Assembly (NCBI GenBank): GCA_964356225.1
Contig: CAYHGA010000002.1
Span: 14,894 to 78,893, forward strand
Length of the DNA: 64,000 bases
Source: an uncultured Gammaproteobacteria bacterium
Lineage (GTDB): Bacteria > Patescibacteriota > Microgenomatia > CAZETR01 > Amesbacteraceae
Direction of reading: 5' to 3'
Part shown: in pieces, positions 46,533 to 55,668 of the stretch
Numbering within the stretch: the first letter of the stretch is position 1
Layout of the letters: every line of letters starts with the position of its first letter
Position numbers and translations under genes: made by a program
The notes under the pieces: generated by a model
Told to the model about the DNA's origin: nothing
Databases searched by the model: none
Seen by the model: only the letters and a program-made list of their open reading frames with translations

Positions 46533-49500
46533 CTATAAAAGTAAAAAAAATAAAATAATCAATAAAGAGGCTGTACTTACTCCTACTGCTTTGTAAAAAT
46601 CGTTTTGGTTATTATATTCCAAAAGATAAACATGTTCATTATCCTGGTTACTTTTTTCGGAATTTAAAATCCACCCGGGAGAGAAACCATTTAGTTCAAG
46701 AGTCGGATAAAGTTTTTTGCCGTTGTTTGGGAAAACGATGTCTGATAGCACGTGGGTATCTTGTCTTTCGTACTCAACCACTTTGCCGTTTTGAAAACTT
46801 CTCTTGTCTCCTCTAAAGTATTTGTTTACATCTTGCTCTATTTCTCTTAAACTCCAATTCGGATCAAAACGCGAGTTAAAGCCTAGCAAGAAGCGTTCGC
46901 TGCCTTTAGCTTTGAGTAAATATTTGGTTTGATTTAGGGCTACAAATTCAATATTTGGTGAAACAAACTCGGGAGCATTTTTCATCAATTCTGCAAAAAT
47001 TTTAGGTCTTGTTTCTGAATTTTTCGGTTTTTGTAACTCTAATAAAATCCGTACGTTTTCAAGCGGCACATTGGTAATTTGGTACCAATTTGTGCCGATT
47101 CTTTGAGCGCTAAACGTGCGATTGTTAACCGTCAATTGTATTTGATCACTTAATGTTGACTTATTGTAAAGATAAAGATTATAGCTTCCTGTTTCCGGAA
47201 CTTCGAGGCCGTATTTATATAATTTGTCGTCTACCTTCACCACAGGCTGTCCAAACTGTTCATCAATTTCTGTAATAGCTTTTCTTAATTCAATTTCAAG
47301 ATTAATCAGGTCTGATTTTATCGGGCCTAGTTGAGCAGAAGTTGCCCACTGAGATTCATAAGAAATGAAAAATGACAAGTAAAAACGAAGTTTTCTAAGG
47401 ATTTCTTGTTTTATTTTTGAATCCGAAATTTGATCCAGGTTAAGTTTCATTTCTTTCAAGTTTTTGATTAAATCCATTACTGCTACCCCGATCCCCTTTT
47501 CATCTTTCTTGGCTTGAAGCAAACCCAGGTCTGAAATTAAAGTTGTAGAAGCCGATAAATTGATTTCAATTCTCGCGTTTGGACTACCGGAAAAGTATTT
47601 TCTCGCGTCAGTTATAAACTTACCCAGCTTATAAAACGCTGTTCCGGGTATTAACGCCTTTGATGTGGAGAAATATATTTGATAGTTATCGGCTGAAGGA
47701 CAATCAGTACAATTAGCCTGGATAATAAGTTTAGAAAAAATGTCTACTTTTTTGTTATCTTCTGGAAAATCAGACCACAAAAACGCAGCGCTATCTAAGG
47801 CCCCTGGCAGATTTGCGACTATATCTAAATCTTTTTGATCAGATGAAATGAATGTAACTGCCGGTGGAGAGTAAATTCGAGGAAGGATTTCCCCATTATA
47901 ACCGTAGAAATCCCATCTTCCTATACTTTTCTTAAAAGTAAAATCTTTAGATTTTTTAAATGACTCTTTTATCCCACTTAAGACGTTGCCTTCATAATCT
48001 GGCGAAATAAAGTCATTTTGCACTACGGCTCTGTCAGCCCCTGTAAATTTAACCAAATTAGAATTTCCAAATTTAATATACTCTGATAAAGTGCTGATTA
48101 TCAAATTTGTCTCATTGGGCCTTGCTAACACTCCGTTTACTGTTAAGGATTTTCTTCCCATCATATGTGACAAATCATTTAAGCTAAAATAACCCCAATC
48201 GTAATCAATATACTCAGTTCTTATATCAGCGTTGGGTAAAGATAAAGTTCTGGTAGAGAATTTACTACTATCAAGTTCCTTCTTTGCTTCAAAGATATAA
48301 TCAGGCACTTTTACCATCGTGGATTTCCCTTTAGAATAGTTAAAAAAACTTCCTGTTAAAAATGGATAATTGTATATAAAGAGCGAAACTATAAATGCGC
48401 CAAGTAAAACCTTTGGTTTAATTTTTAACCAGTCTATTACATCTTTGACTCCCACTGCGATTAAATAGGCATAAGCAAACCAAATAATCATCCCAAATTT
48501 AAAAAACCCGGAACGAAACATGCCAAAACCGGGGGCGTTAACCAACAAGTAATCGTAAAATATTCCCAAAGGAGAATGGCTTCCTGCAGAGAGCGGAACT
48601 GCAATAAGTAATAAACTTAAGAAGTAAATTCTCGTTTTAAATAATAAGCCCGATAGTTTTTTAAGATTTAAAAGACCAAACAGAGCTAAAGTCGGAAAAA
48701 GAAGGTTTAGAAATAATAATATGGGATTTTTAAAAAATTCATTTGCAAAAGGATGATTTGGGCTGGCATACCAATCAGGTATTCCCCTAAGTTTAAACAG
48801 GTTTATCCAACTGGTATTTACGCTTATCCCCTGGCTCCAGGAAAGAGTCCCCGCTATTCCCCACGCTTGTTCGAATCTTTGCCCAAAGGTTTGGTTATAA
48901 GACTTAAAATAAGGGTAAAACCAATAACTACTAAGCAGTGTCCAGAATAAAGCAGATAAAAAAGAAAAGATGAGTAATCTTTTTATCTTAGGCCAAAAAC
49001 TTTCGTTTGACAAAAAGAAGAATATTATTGCTGTCGATGCAACTACTACAAACAAGCTAATCAAAAGTGGAATACCCTCTCCACCATTTAAGAAAAATAA
49101 GGTCAGGGCAAAGAGTAGAGAATTTTTTACGGGAGATTCTTTTTTATGTAATGTCTTAATTATTAAAAGTACAACTATAGGTAGAGCTGCGACGATTGAA
49201 AACTTAGTTCTTTCCGCGATAGTCCAGGCCTGAAGAAGATAGTGGTTCATCATGTAAAATAGGCTTCCGAAAATTCTAACCGGATAATCATTTTTCTTAG
49301 GATGTAGATAACAAAGAAGTGCGTACATCATAATTCCCGGAAGAACAAACCAAAAAATGTAAGTTATCTTTTGAACTGCGGATAGCGAGAACCCTATGAA
49401 GGACAGCAAAGCTTCAAGTCCATGTATAAACACGCCCGGCAGAACTTGAACTGAATTAGAGCCAAATGGGCCCAGTCTGTCGGTCCATGTATATAGTCTA

Positions 49501-49628
49501 TCTAAAAAATGAGCTACTGGGGCCAGGGAGAAACCCATATCGTGACCCAATCCTATGTATCCAGGCTTATACCAAAGAAGTGGTGCTAAACCAACGATTA
49601 ACAATAAAAGGATCTCAATTTTTTTCAT
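46533..49628 (-). CDS. Giant polytopic membrane protein, putative GT-C glycosyltransferase (paralog of 42867-46391)
   Basis: 1031 aa. N-terminus LIVGLAPLLWYKPGYIGLGHDMGFSLAPVAHFLDRLYTWTDRLGPFGSNS aligns with the 1174-aa protein. Same topology, ending in a C-terminal helix. Confidence 0.5.
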   Translation of the reverse strand: MKKIEILLLLIVGLAPLLWYKPGYIGLGHDMGFSLAPVAHFLDRLYTWTDRLGPFGSNSVQVLPGVFIHGLEALLSFIGFSLSAVQKITYIFWFVLPGIMMYALLCYLHPKKNDYPVRIFGSLFYMMNHYLLQAWTIAERTKFSIVAALPIVVLLIIKTLHKKESPVKNSLLFALTLFFLNGGEGIPLLISLFVVVASTAIIFFFLSNESFWPKIKRLLIFSFLSALFWTLLSSYWFYPYFKSYNQTFGQRFEQAWGIAGTLSWSQGISVNTSWINLFKLRGIPDWYASPNHPFANEFFKNPILLFLNLLFPTLALFGLLNLKKLSGLLFKTRIYFLSLLLIAVPLSAGSHSPLGIFYDYLLVNAPGFGMFRSGFFKFGMIIWFAYAYLIAVGVKDVIDWLKIKPKVLLGAFIVSLFIYNYPFLTGSFFNYSKGKSTMVKVPDYIFEAKKELDSSKFSTRTLSLPNADIRTEYIDYDWGYFSLNDLSHMMGRKSLTVNGVLARPNETNLIISTLSEYIKFGNSNLVKFTGADRAVVQNDFISPDYEGNVLSGIKESFKKSKDFTFKKSIGRWDFYGYNGEILPRIYSPPAVTFISSDQKDLDIVANLPGALDSAAFLWSDFPEDNKKVDIFSKLIIQANCTDCPSADNYQIYFSTSKALIPGTAFYKLGKFITDARKYFSGSPNARIEINLSASTTLISDLGLLQAKKDEKGIGVAVMDLIKNLKEMKLNLDQISDSKIKQEILRKLRFYLSFFISYESQWATSAQLGPIKSDLINLEIELRKAITEIDEQFGQPVVKVDDKLYKYGLEVPETGSYNLYLYNKSTLSDQIQLTVNNRTFSAQRIGTNWYQITNVPLENVRILLELQKPKNSETRPKIFAELMKNAPEFVSPNIEFVALNQTKYLLKAKGSERFLLGFNSRFDPNWSLREIEQDVNKYFRGDKRSFQNGKVVEYERQDTHVLSDIVFPNNGKKLYPTLELNGFSPGWILNSEKSNQDNEHVYLLEYNNQNDFYKAVGVSTASLLIILFFLLL

Positions 49629-51246
49629 TTGTGATATCCTTTTTTAATTTCTCTCTTATGTTTCCAGAAACGTTTTTAACAGAGTGTTTTTGATAGTCCC
49701 AATAATACGCATGCACATTGTCAGAAGATACGTCTGGATTCTCTTTGAGCGCACTTAATAGTTTGCTATAAGTCATGAAATATCCGTATTTGCCAGTTTT
49801 ATATTGTTTAAGCCCTTCATGGGAGAGGTCCCAAAAATCTGGATCGGTTAAAGCTTCATTTGGAACCTTGCCGGTGTTGTATAACCAAACAGCTAATGTT
49901 TGTCCAAATCCTGACTGAAATTCCCAAAACCCATTATTGTCCGTAAAAAAATAAAAGACATTGTTTCTTTCCAAGTTTGGTTTAATTTGTGATACAGTCT
50001 CAAGCATGGCTTTGCGGTATGCTCCTGTTTTGATATCTAATGCCAAGTCTCGTTTGATATTTGTTACATAATAACCCAAGAGGGGTAACAATATTATTAT
50101 GGATAATGGCAGTTTAATTTTAGGCAAAATTGACATATAAGTGTCGACTGTGAGAGCCAAAATCAGCCCTGCCCAAAGAGCGGGAAAAATATAAAAGCGG
50201 TGCTCTAATGTTGCCGGTTGGTTGGGGAACAAGACAAAAGGCGCACAGGAAAAACCAAAAGTTACTAGCGAGAACAATATTGTTTTTTTTGACCTTTTGG
50301 CTAAAGCTACGGCCCCAAGTACTATTGATAAGACTGTAATTGAACCAATTACTGAAACGGCGTCTCCAATAATGCTTTCTATTACATAACCGTTAGTCAA
50401 ATCTCCATAATGGATCTTGTTAGCTTTGTAAAATAAACTATAAAGTTGTTTTTGGGGGATGAAGACTTGGAAAAGGGTACGGGAAGGAATTAAAAGTGTG
50501 TTGTAGACAATATTTCCGCTCTGGGTAATTTTAGCCGCTTCAGGAACACTAGATGAAACCTCAATATTTTTGAAAAGTAGTTTTGGAAGTGCAATTGTTA
50601 AAAGAATTGGAATTATTAATATACTCCAACTCCATCTAATGCCTTTGGAAAAGACTAGTAATGGAAAAGTAAGTATGTAATATATTCCAGATTCTTTAAA
50701 AAGCAGTGAGATCAACATAAAGAGTGAGCAAAGTAATAAATTTTTTATCCTGCGATTTTTTCGGAAGGTTAATAGATTCCAAAAAGACATCATGAAGAAT
50801 GTAAACGAAAACTGAGACGGCACAATCGAGCTAATCCACGTGATGGCTTGTTGTGAGTATCCGTTTGTTAACCAAAATAGCGTAGTTACGATGGAAATTA
50901 CCCTGGATTCAGTAAGCTTCTCGATGCAAAAGTAAATTAGCAGAGAATTGGCCACTGCCATAAAAAATGCCAAATAACCGTACCATGAAAAATTTAGGCC
51001 GAAGGTGTTGAAAACCACATAATTGGCCAAAGATGTAAGGGGAAGGAATCTGAACAAGCCTCCGGCTGGATGAAATATGTCTATAACGGCTCGGGTTATG
51101 CCACCATTATCCCTTCTACTCATGGCCCCACCCAATCCCAACCACTCATCCTGCTGAAAAAAGATGTTATTTATTCCCCAAAAGGCTAGTAGAGCAACTA
51201 AAATAATTATTGACAAACTAAGAATGTGGGGCCGTATCTTACGCAT
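49615..51246 (-). CDS. Polytopic membrane protein, putative GT-C glycosyltransferase
   Basis: 543 aa, about 13 transmembrane helices. First loop FFQQDEWLGLGGAMS has a D-E motif. A soluble C-terminal domain of about 130 aa follows. Confidence 0.45.
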   Translation of the reverse strand: MRKIRPHILSLSIIILVALLAFWGINNIFFQQDEWLGLGGAMSRRDNGGITRAVIDIFHPAGGLFRFLPLTSLANYVVFNTFGLNFSWYGYLAFFMAVANSLLIYFCIEKLTESRVISIVTTLFWLTNGYSQQAITWISSIVPSQFSFTFFMMSFWNLLTFRKNRRIKNLLLCSLFMLISLLFKESGIYYILTFPLLVFSKGIRWSWSILIIPILLTIALPKLLFKNIEVSSSVPEAAKITQSGNIVYNTLLIPSRTLFQVFIPQKQLYSLFYKANKIHYGDLTNGYVIESIIGDAVSVIGSITVLSIVLGAVALAKRSKKTILFSLVTFGFSCAPFVLFPNQPATLEHRFYIFPALWAGLILALTVDTYMSILPKIKLPLSIIILLPLLGYYVTNIKRDLALDIKTGAYRKAMLETVSQIKPNLERNNVFYFFTDNNGFWEFQSGFGQTLAVWLYNTGKVPNEALTDPDFWDLSHEGLKQYKTGKYGYFMTYSKLLSALKENPDVSSDNVHAYYWDYQKHSVKNVSGNIREKLKKDITNEKN

Positions 51247-51266
51247 GCAGGTTTGATTTTAACTCT

Positions 51267-51959
51267 TTATCTGGTTTTTGAACACTTTAAAAAAGCCGTT
51301 GATAGTCCGGGGGACTGATATTCTATGTCTAGCTGGTGGTTAAAAAAATTCTGAAATAGCGGGCGGCGGCGAAGTACCCATTTGGAAAGATACATGTTCA
51401 AAGCGTATAGAACCTCCCACAACTTTCCCTTAATAAAAAGCTTGTTGACAGTTAGACCTGCCTGTTGGCTAAACTGCCTTAATTTTTCTAATGAGTAATG
51501 TCTGTGTTTAATTAACCACCAGGCGGGATCGAATAACTTTGACGGCCAAGAGGCAAAAGGTGTAGACAAGTAAAAATGGCCACCAGGTTTCAGAACACGG
51601 TAAACTTCACGAAACATTCTTTTTTCAGTCCGGGGCGGGATATGCTCTAAAACCTCCCAACAAACGACTGTGTTAAAACTATTGTTGGCAAACGGCAGTT
51701 TAGTGGCGTCAGCTACCCGAAATTTTACCCGTGAGTTTTTAATGTTAGATTTAATGGTTTCTAGGTCACCTTCGGTAACCTCACTAGCAACAATCGACCC
51801 CGCTCCCCTAGTTAGAAAATTTAATTCGCACCACCCGTAACCGCTGCCAATATCAAGAATAGTTTTATTTTTTACGTCAGAATTGTCGACAAAATCCATG
51901 CTAAACTTAAGCCGGCCATGGATATCGGTTGAGGGCCTTTCTGAAAGAATATTTTTCAT
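51267..51959 (-). CDS. Class I SAM-dependent methyltransferase
   Basis: 230 aa. ILDIGSGYGWCELNFL (motif I) ... VVCWEVLEHI ... KPGGHFYLSTP. Confidence 0.7.
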   Translation of the reverse strand: MKNILSERPSTDIHGRLKFSMDFVDNSDVKNKTILDIGSGYGWCELNFLTRGAGSIVASEVTEGDLETIKSNIKNSRVKFRVADATKLPFANNSFNTVVCWEVLEHIPPRTEKRMFREVYRVLKPGGHFYLSTPFASWPSKLFDPAWWLIKHRHYSLEKLRQFSQQAGLTVNKLFIKGKLWEVLYALNMYLSKWVLRRRPLFQNFFNHQLDIEYQSPGLSTAFLKCSKTR

Positions 51960-53501
51960 TTAAATTTTACGGGCATATATTTCAAGAGAATCAAAAAAAT
52001 TTATGGTTAAAAACGGTTTTCCCTTAAGCGCGGATAACAATTTATATATTGGTGGAAATATATTTTTTAGACGGGTTATCCAGTAATTTAAGCTAAAAGT
52101 CCAACTGTATTTCCCGAGCTTTTCAATTTTATACCCTAAAGACAAAAGAAGTAAAGATAATGTTTCTTCTGTAAAATAATAAATATGATCTGGACGAATG
52201 TGCCACCAATTTTCACCCAATAATTTTGAAATTAGGCTCCCTATATCGGGCGTCACTAGACATAACACCCCGTCTTTATTCAGAATTTTGTGAATGTCTG
52301 CTAAAAGTTTTCTGGGGGAAGATACGTGTTCAATCACGTCCAGGCAAGTTACGGCATCAAATGGCTTCCCCTTGAGCTTAACAGTTTCAAGTGTACCTTG
52401 AATAATATTTAGTCCGAATTTTTCCCTCCCAATTCTAGAAGCCCATTTTGATGGCTCAATTCCGATTGACTCCCACTTATGTCTGTGCGCAATTTCTAAA
52501 AGTGTTCCTGTAGCGCATCCAATATCCAAAAGCTTTCCAGAAAATTTATGTAGATTTTCTATCTTCTTAAATATTCTTTCATGCGTCATTAACCTTGCCG
52601 TTCTTTCATTTTCATAATCAGGGTCTACAAAGCCTGAATATCTTTCTACTAGTTTTTTATCTTTCTCTCTGGGAGAACAGTAAAGTAAATTACAATCCAA
52701 GCATTTAACTATTTGAGAATGGTCACCATATGAATTGTCGGTTATGTAGTACTTATCTTTGGCAATTCCCCTTTTTTGGTAAACAACTCTTGCTTTATCG
52801 TTACTACAAATATCGCAAATATGATTTGATAAACTGTTTATTTGAAATGTTTTTTTCATGAATCTATGATATTTTGTTAAAAGAAAAACCCAGGGAATTA
52901 CCAATGATTTTTTGAATTGTGCTTGAGAAAGATTTTCTAAAAACTCACTTCGACTCGAAAAATTATCCATGCAGATGTAATTTCTACCAAGCTCGTATTT
53001 AGTGTGAGCGTCACTGCCGATACACACAATTTTCCCTATTTTCTTTGCAAACTTTTCTGCTTTTAAATTGTCCCATGGCTTAATTGTTCTACCATTAAAG
53101 ACTTCAATTATGTCTATGTCATCAATATTCAAGGTTAAAGAATTTTCGTTAATGGCGGTTTTCCTTGTGGTGGTGTCAAACGGATGCGGTAAATACACAA
53201 GCCCTCCTTGGTGTTTAATTTCTTTAATTGTTTGCCTCATTGAAAGACCTGAAGGAATGAATTTTTTTAAAAATAAGCCTATTATCTCTCCTTCTTTACT
53301 CAAGATCTCCTCACCCACAATTACTTTAAATGGGGCAATTCTTTGAAGCCGTAGGGCGCCTTCAATTTGATTGTGGTCGGTAACAGCTAAAACATCAATC
53401 TTTTTCTGGATGCATTTATCTATTAAATCTTTGTAAGAGATCGAACAGTCGTACGAATACTTTGTATGAACATGTAATTCAACTTTAATTTTGGCAGACA
53501 T
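51960..53501 (-). CDS. Fusion protein: N-terminal PHP-family phosphoesterase, Cys4 zinc-ribbon, C-terminal class I SAM methyltransferase
   Basis: 513 aa. ELHVHTKYSYDCS...AVTDHN...GSDAHT are the His/Asp metal motifs of a PHP domain. The middle has CDICSND...CLDCNLLYC. The C-terminus has LLDIGCATGTLLEIA...AVTCLDVIEHV...KDGVLCLVTP. Confidence 0.65.
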   Translation of the reverse strand: MSAKIKVELHVHTKYSYDCSISYKDLIDKCIQKKIDVLAVTDHNQIEGALRLQRIAPFKVIVGEEILSKEGEIIGLFLKKFIPSGLSMRQTIKEIKHQGGLVYLPHPFDTTTRKTAINENSLTLNIDDIDIIEVFNGRTIKPWDNLKAEKFAKKIGKIVCIGSDAHTKYELGRNYICMDNFSSRSEFLENLSQAQFKKSLVIPWVFLLTKYHRFMKKTFQINSLSNHICDICSNDKARVVYQKRGIAKDKYYITDNSYGDHSQIVKCLDCNLLYCSPREKDKKLVERYSGFVDPDYENERTARLMTHERIFKKIENLHKFSGKLLDIGCATGTLLEIAHRHKWESIGIEPSKWASRIGREKFGLNIIQGTLETVKLKGKPFDAVTCLDVIEHVSSPRKLLADIHKILNKDGVLCLVTPDIGSLISKLLGENWWHIRPDHIYYFTEETLSLLLLSLGYKIEKLGKYSWTFSLNYWITRLKNIFPPIYKLLSALKGKPFLTINFFDSLEIYARKI

Positions 53502-53504
53502 TGA

Positions 53505-54383
53505 CTATAAGTAGAAAAGTATAAATAAAAGAATAATGACGATGGTATTTAAGATAAACTTATAACTAAAAACGAATGATTCAATATTTCTTGATTTGGC
53601 TTCACCGGATTTTACTTTTTTTACTATCCAAAGAAAATATAACACTATAAACGGAATTCCCATTAAAAATGACCGCTGATATTTATAAATTTCTCTAGCA
53701 ATAAAAATTGTTGATAGAGCTATATAAAAATACATCATGATCAACAGGCTTTTCAGAGAATAGGTATCAAATGTGTTTCTGTATGGAACTAGTTTTTTAC
53801 CATAAAACTTGAGCTCACCGTATCTTTTTGCGGTCATTAAAACTGCTCCTATAGACCAGGTTGATAATAAAATTAAAAGAGGGGGGAATTCTGATTTAAC
53901 TATCACAAACCAACCCAGGAGAAATCTGATAGGATTATTTAATGATTCTGAAATTACGTCTAAATAAGGTATATTTTTTAGTCTTATAGGTCTAATGTTA
54001 TACAAAATTCCGGCGATCCAGAGGGATCCAAGGACGTAAAGGAAATTGACATTATAAAAAATGTTAGCTACGAGCAAACTTCCAAATAATAGAATAAAGG
54101 CTAGTATTTCTGCTCTAAAAATTGTTATTTTGCCTGAAGGAATTGGTCTTGTTTTTTTGTCCGGGTGTCTTTTATCGAATTCTACATCTGCGATCTGGTT
54201 GACAATGTAATTAACCGAAGAAATTAGAGACGCCAGGATAAAAGCTCCAACTGCTTGTATCACAACTTGCGATCCAATGGATTTGCTTTGACTAAGAAAA
54301 ATTGCCGATATTATTCCAGCGATAATAAACAAGTTTTTGAACCAGTGATCAACCCGCATCAGCCTGATGTAACTATAGAACAT
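53505..54383 (-). CDS. UbiA-family polyprenyl-phosphate prenyl/phosphoribosyl-transferase (resembles decaprenyl-phosphate 5-phosphoribosyltransferase)
   Basis: 292 aa, 8-9 transmembrane helices. NQIADVEFDKRHPDKKTRPIPSGKI matches the N-x-x-x-D-x-x-x-D ... R-P-[IL]-[PA]-S-G UbiA active-site motif. N-terminal RVDHWFKNLFIIAG resembles the RPxQWxKN start of DPPR synthases. Confidence 0.7.
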   Translation of the reverse strand: MFYSYIRLMRVDHWFKNLFIIAGIISAIFLSQSKSIGSQVVIQAVGAFILASLISSVNYIVNQIADVEFDKRHPDKKTRPIPSGKITIFRAEILAFILLFGSLLVANIFYNVNFLYVLGSLWIAGILYNIRPIRLKNIPYLDVISESLNNPIRFLLGWFVIVKSEFPPLLILLSTWSIGAVLMTAKRYGELKFYGKKLVPYRNTFDTYSLKSLLIMMYFYIALSTIFIAREIYKYQRSFLMGIPFIVLYFLWIVKKVKSGEAKSRNIESFVFSYKFILNTIVIILLFILFYL

Positions 54384-55668
54384 TACTTTGGCTCAAAAAT
54401 TTCTTAACTTCTTTAAATACTGCATTTTGATCTTGATTTGCGTCAATTATTTGAAGTTTGATAAGTCTAGGCAAGCTTTGATATATTTTTTGCTGCTCAT
54501 AGTAATAATCGGGGGTAAATTCCTGTTCGCGTTTAAAAATAGTTGTTGGTCCTGCTGACATCATAAAGGCTATGTCTGATTTGGGTAATAATTTTACAAA
54601 AAATTTAAATGCCCACACCGGACAGTACCCGTAGTAAAAAAGATTGGCCCAAATGTCAGTGTAAAACCTGTCTGCGATGACAAAATCATTACTGGTAACA
54701 ATTGGGTATATTTTAAAAATATATGCTGCCCAAATATCAATAAAGGCAGGTATGAACCATAATTTAAAAAGAGGGTTTTTATTACGCCTAACTGGACCAG
54801 ACGGTGAACTACCCGTTGTTAATCTCAAAAATCCAATCAATGGCTTAAACAAAAAATACGTAAACATTGATTCGCCTGCGTTGACTCTTTTTCCATGGCT
54901 AATTAAATAATCAGTTAGAAGTTTTACTTGAGTGCTTTTCCCGGTACCATCAATCCCTGTAAACGATATCAAAAATCCCCTTCTTTCATAGGGTAAAGTT
55001 TTATTAACCAGATATCTAACACGGAAAAAGAGATAATAAGCTAAACTCACAAAATCGAACTTCTCTAGGTAAGAATATAGTATTAATTTCACTGGTAAAA
55101 ATAGGGGAAATTTTGGCTTTGGTTGCTGGTTTTTCATCCACTTTATGAAATTTATAAATGTGTTGTTCCAATTATACTGAACGGTCTGTTGTATGAGTTC
55201 TTGAGAATTCTTTATTTTTCTCCATTGGGGGAAAAACATTTCAAAGTCATCCTGTGTGAAATAGGTCTTTTCGAAAATAACGTTTATCATAACTAAAAAG
55301 GCATCCCATGTGGCGTCCACACAGTTTTTGGTTGAATTTAGCCAGATTTTTTTAACATCCAAATATTTTTCCTTGCGCCATGTAAAATCCTGGTGTAAAT
55401 CGATTTTTATTCTCCCGGGCCTGTTTAAATTAACCTGTATTCCCGCAATCCGTCCTCCTAATGCTTGATCGTGTGAAGATTGTTTGTAGCCTAATCTCTC
55501 AAGACTGTAAATCGATCCTTCAAAATCTTTAGACCGAACCAGAATATCAAGATCATCAGGAGCCCCTGTATTGGGATTATACCGCGTTAACAAATAATTT
55601 ATTCCTCGTAAATCCTGTAAAGTCTGCCTCATTTTTTTAATCATATCTTCTTTTTCATGAACAACCAA
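54373..55668 (-). CDS. Two-domain protein: N-terminal nucleotidyltransferase-fold (NTase/LicD-like) domain fused to a thymidylate-kinase-like P-loop kinase domain
   Basis: 431 aa. N-terminus GINYLLTRYNPNTGAPDDLDILV has a Gly...D-x-D NTase-fold signature. C-terminus FLISFTGIDGTGKSTQVKLLTDYL is a Tmk-type Walker A. Confidence 0.5.
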   Translation of the reverse strand: MVVHEKEDMIKKMRQTLQDLRGINYLLTRYNPNTGAPDDLDILVRSKDFEGSIYSLERLGYKQSSHDQALGGRIAGIQVNLNRPGRIKIDLHQDFTWRKEKYLDVKKIWLNSTKNCVDATWDAFLVMINVIFEKTYFTQDDFEMFFPQWRKIKNSQELIQQTVQYNWNNTFINFIKWMKNQQPKPKFPLFLPVKLILYSYLEKFDFVSLAYYLFFRVRYLVNKTLPYERRGFLISFTGIDGTGKSTQVKLLTDYLISHGKRVNAGESMFTYFLFKPLIGFLRLTTGSSPSGPVRRNKNPLFKLWFIPAFIDIWAAYIFKIYPIVTSNDFVIADRFYTDIWANLFYYGYCPVWAFKFFVKLLPKSDIAFMMSAGPTTIFKREQEFTPDYYYEQQKIYQSLPRLIKLQIIDANQDQNAVFKEVKKFLSQSNVL

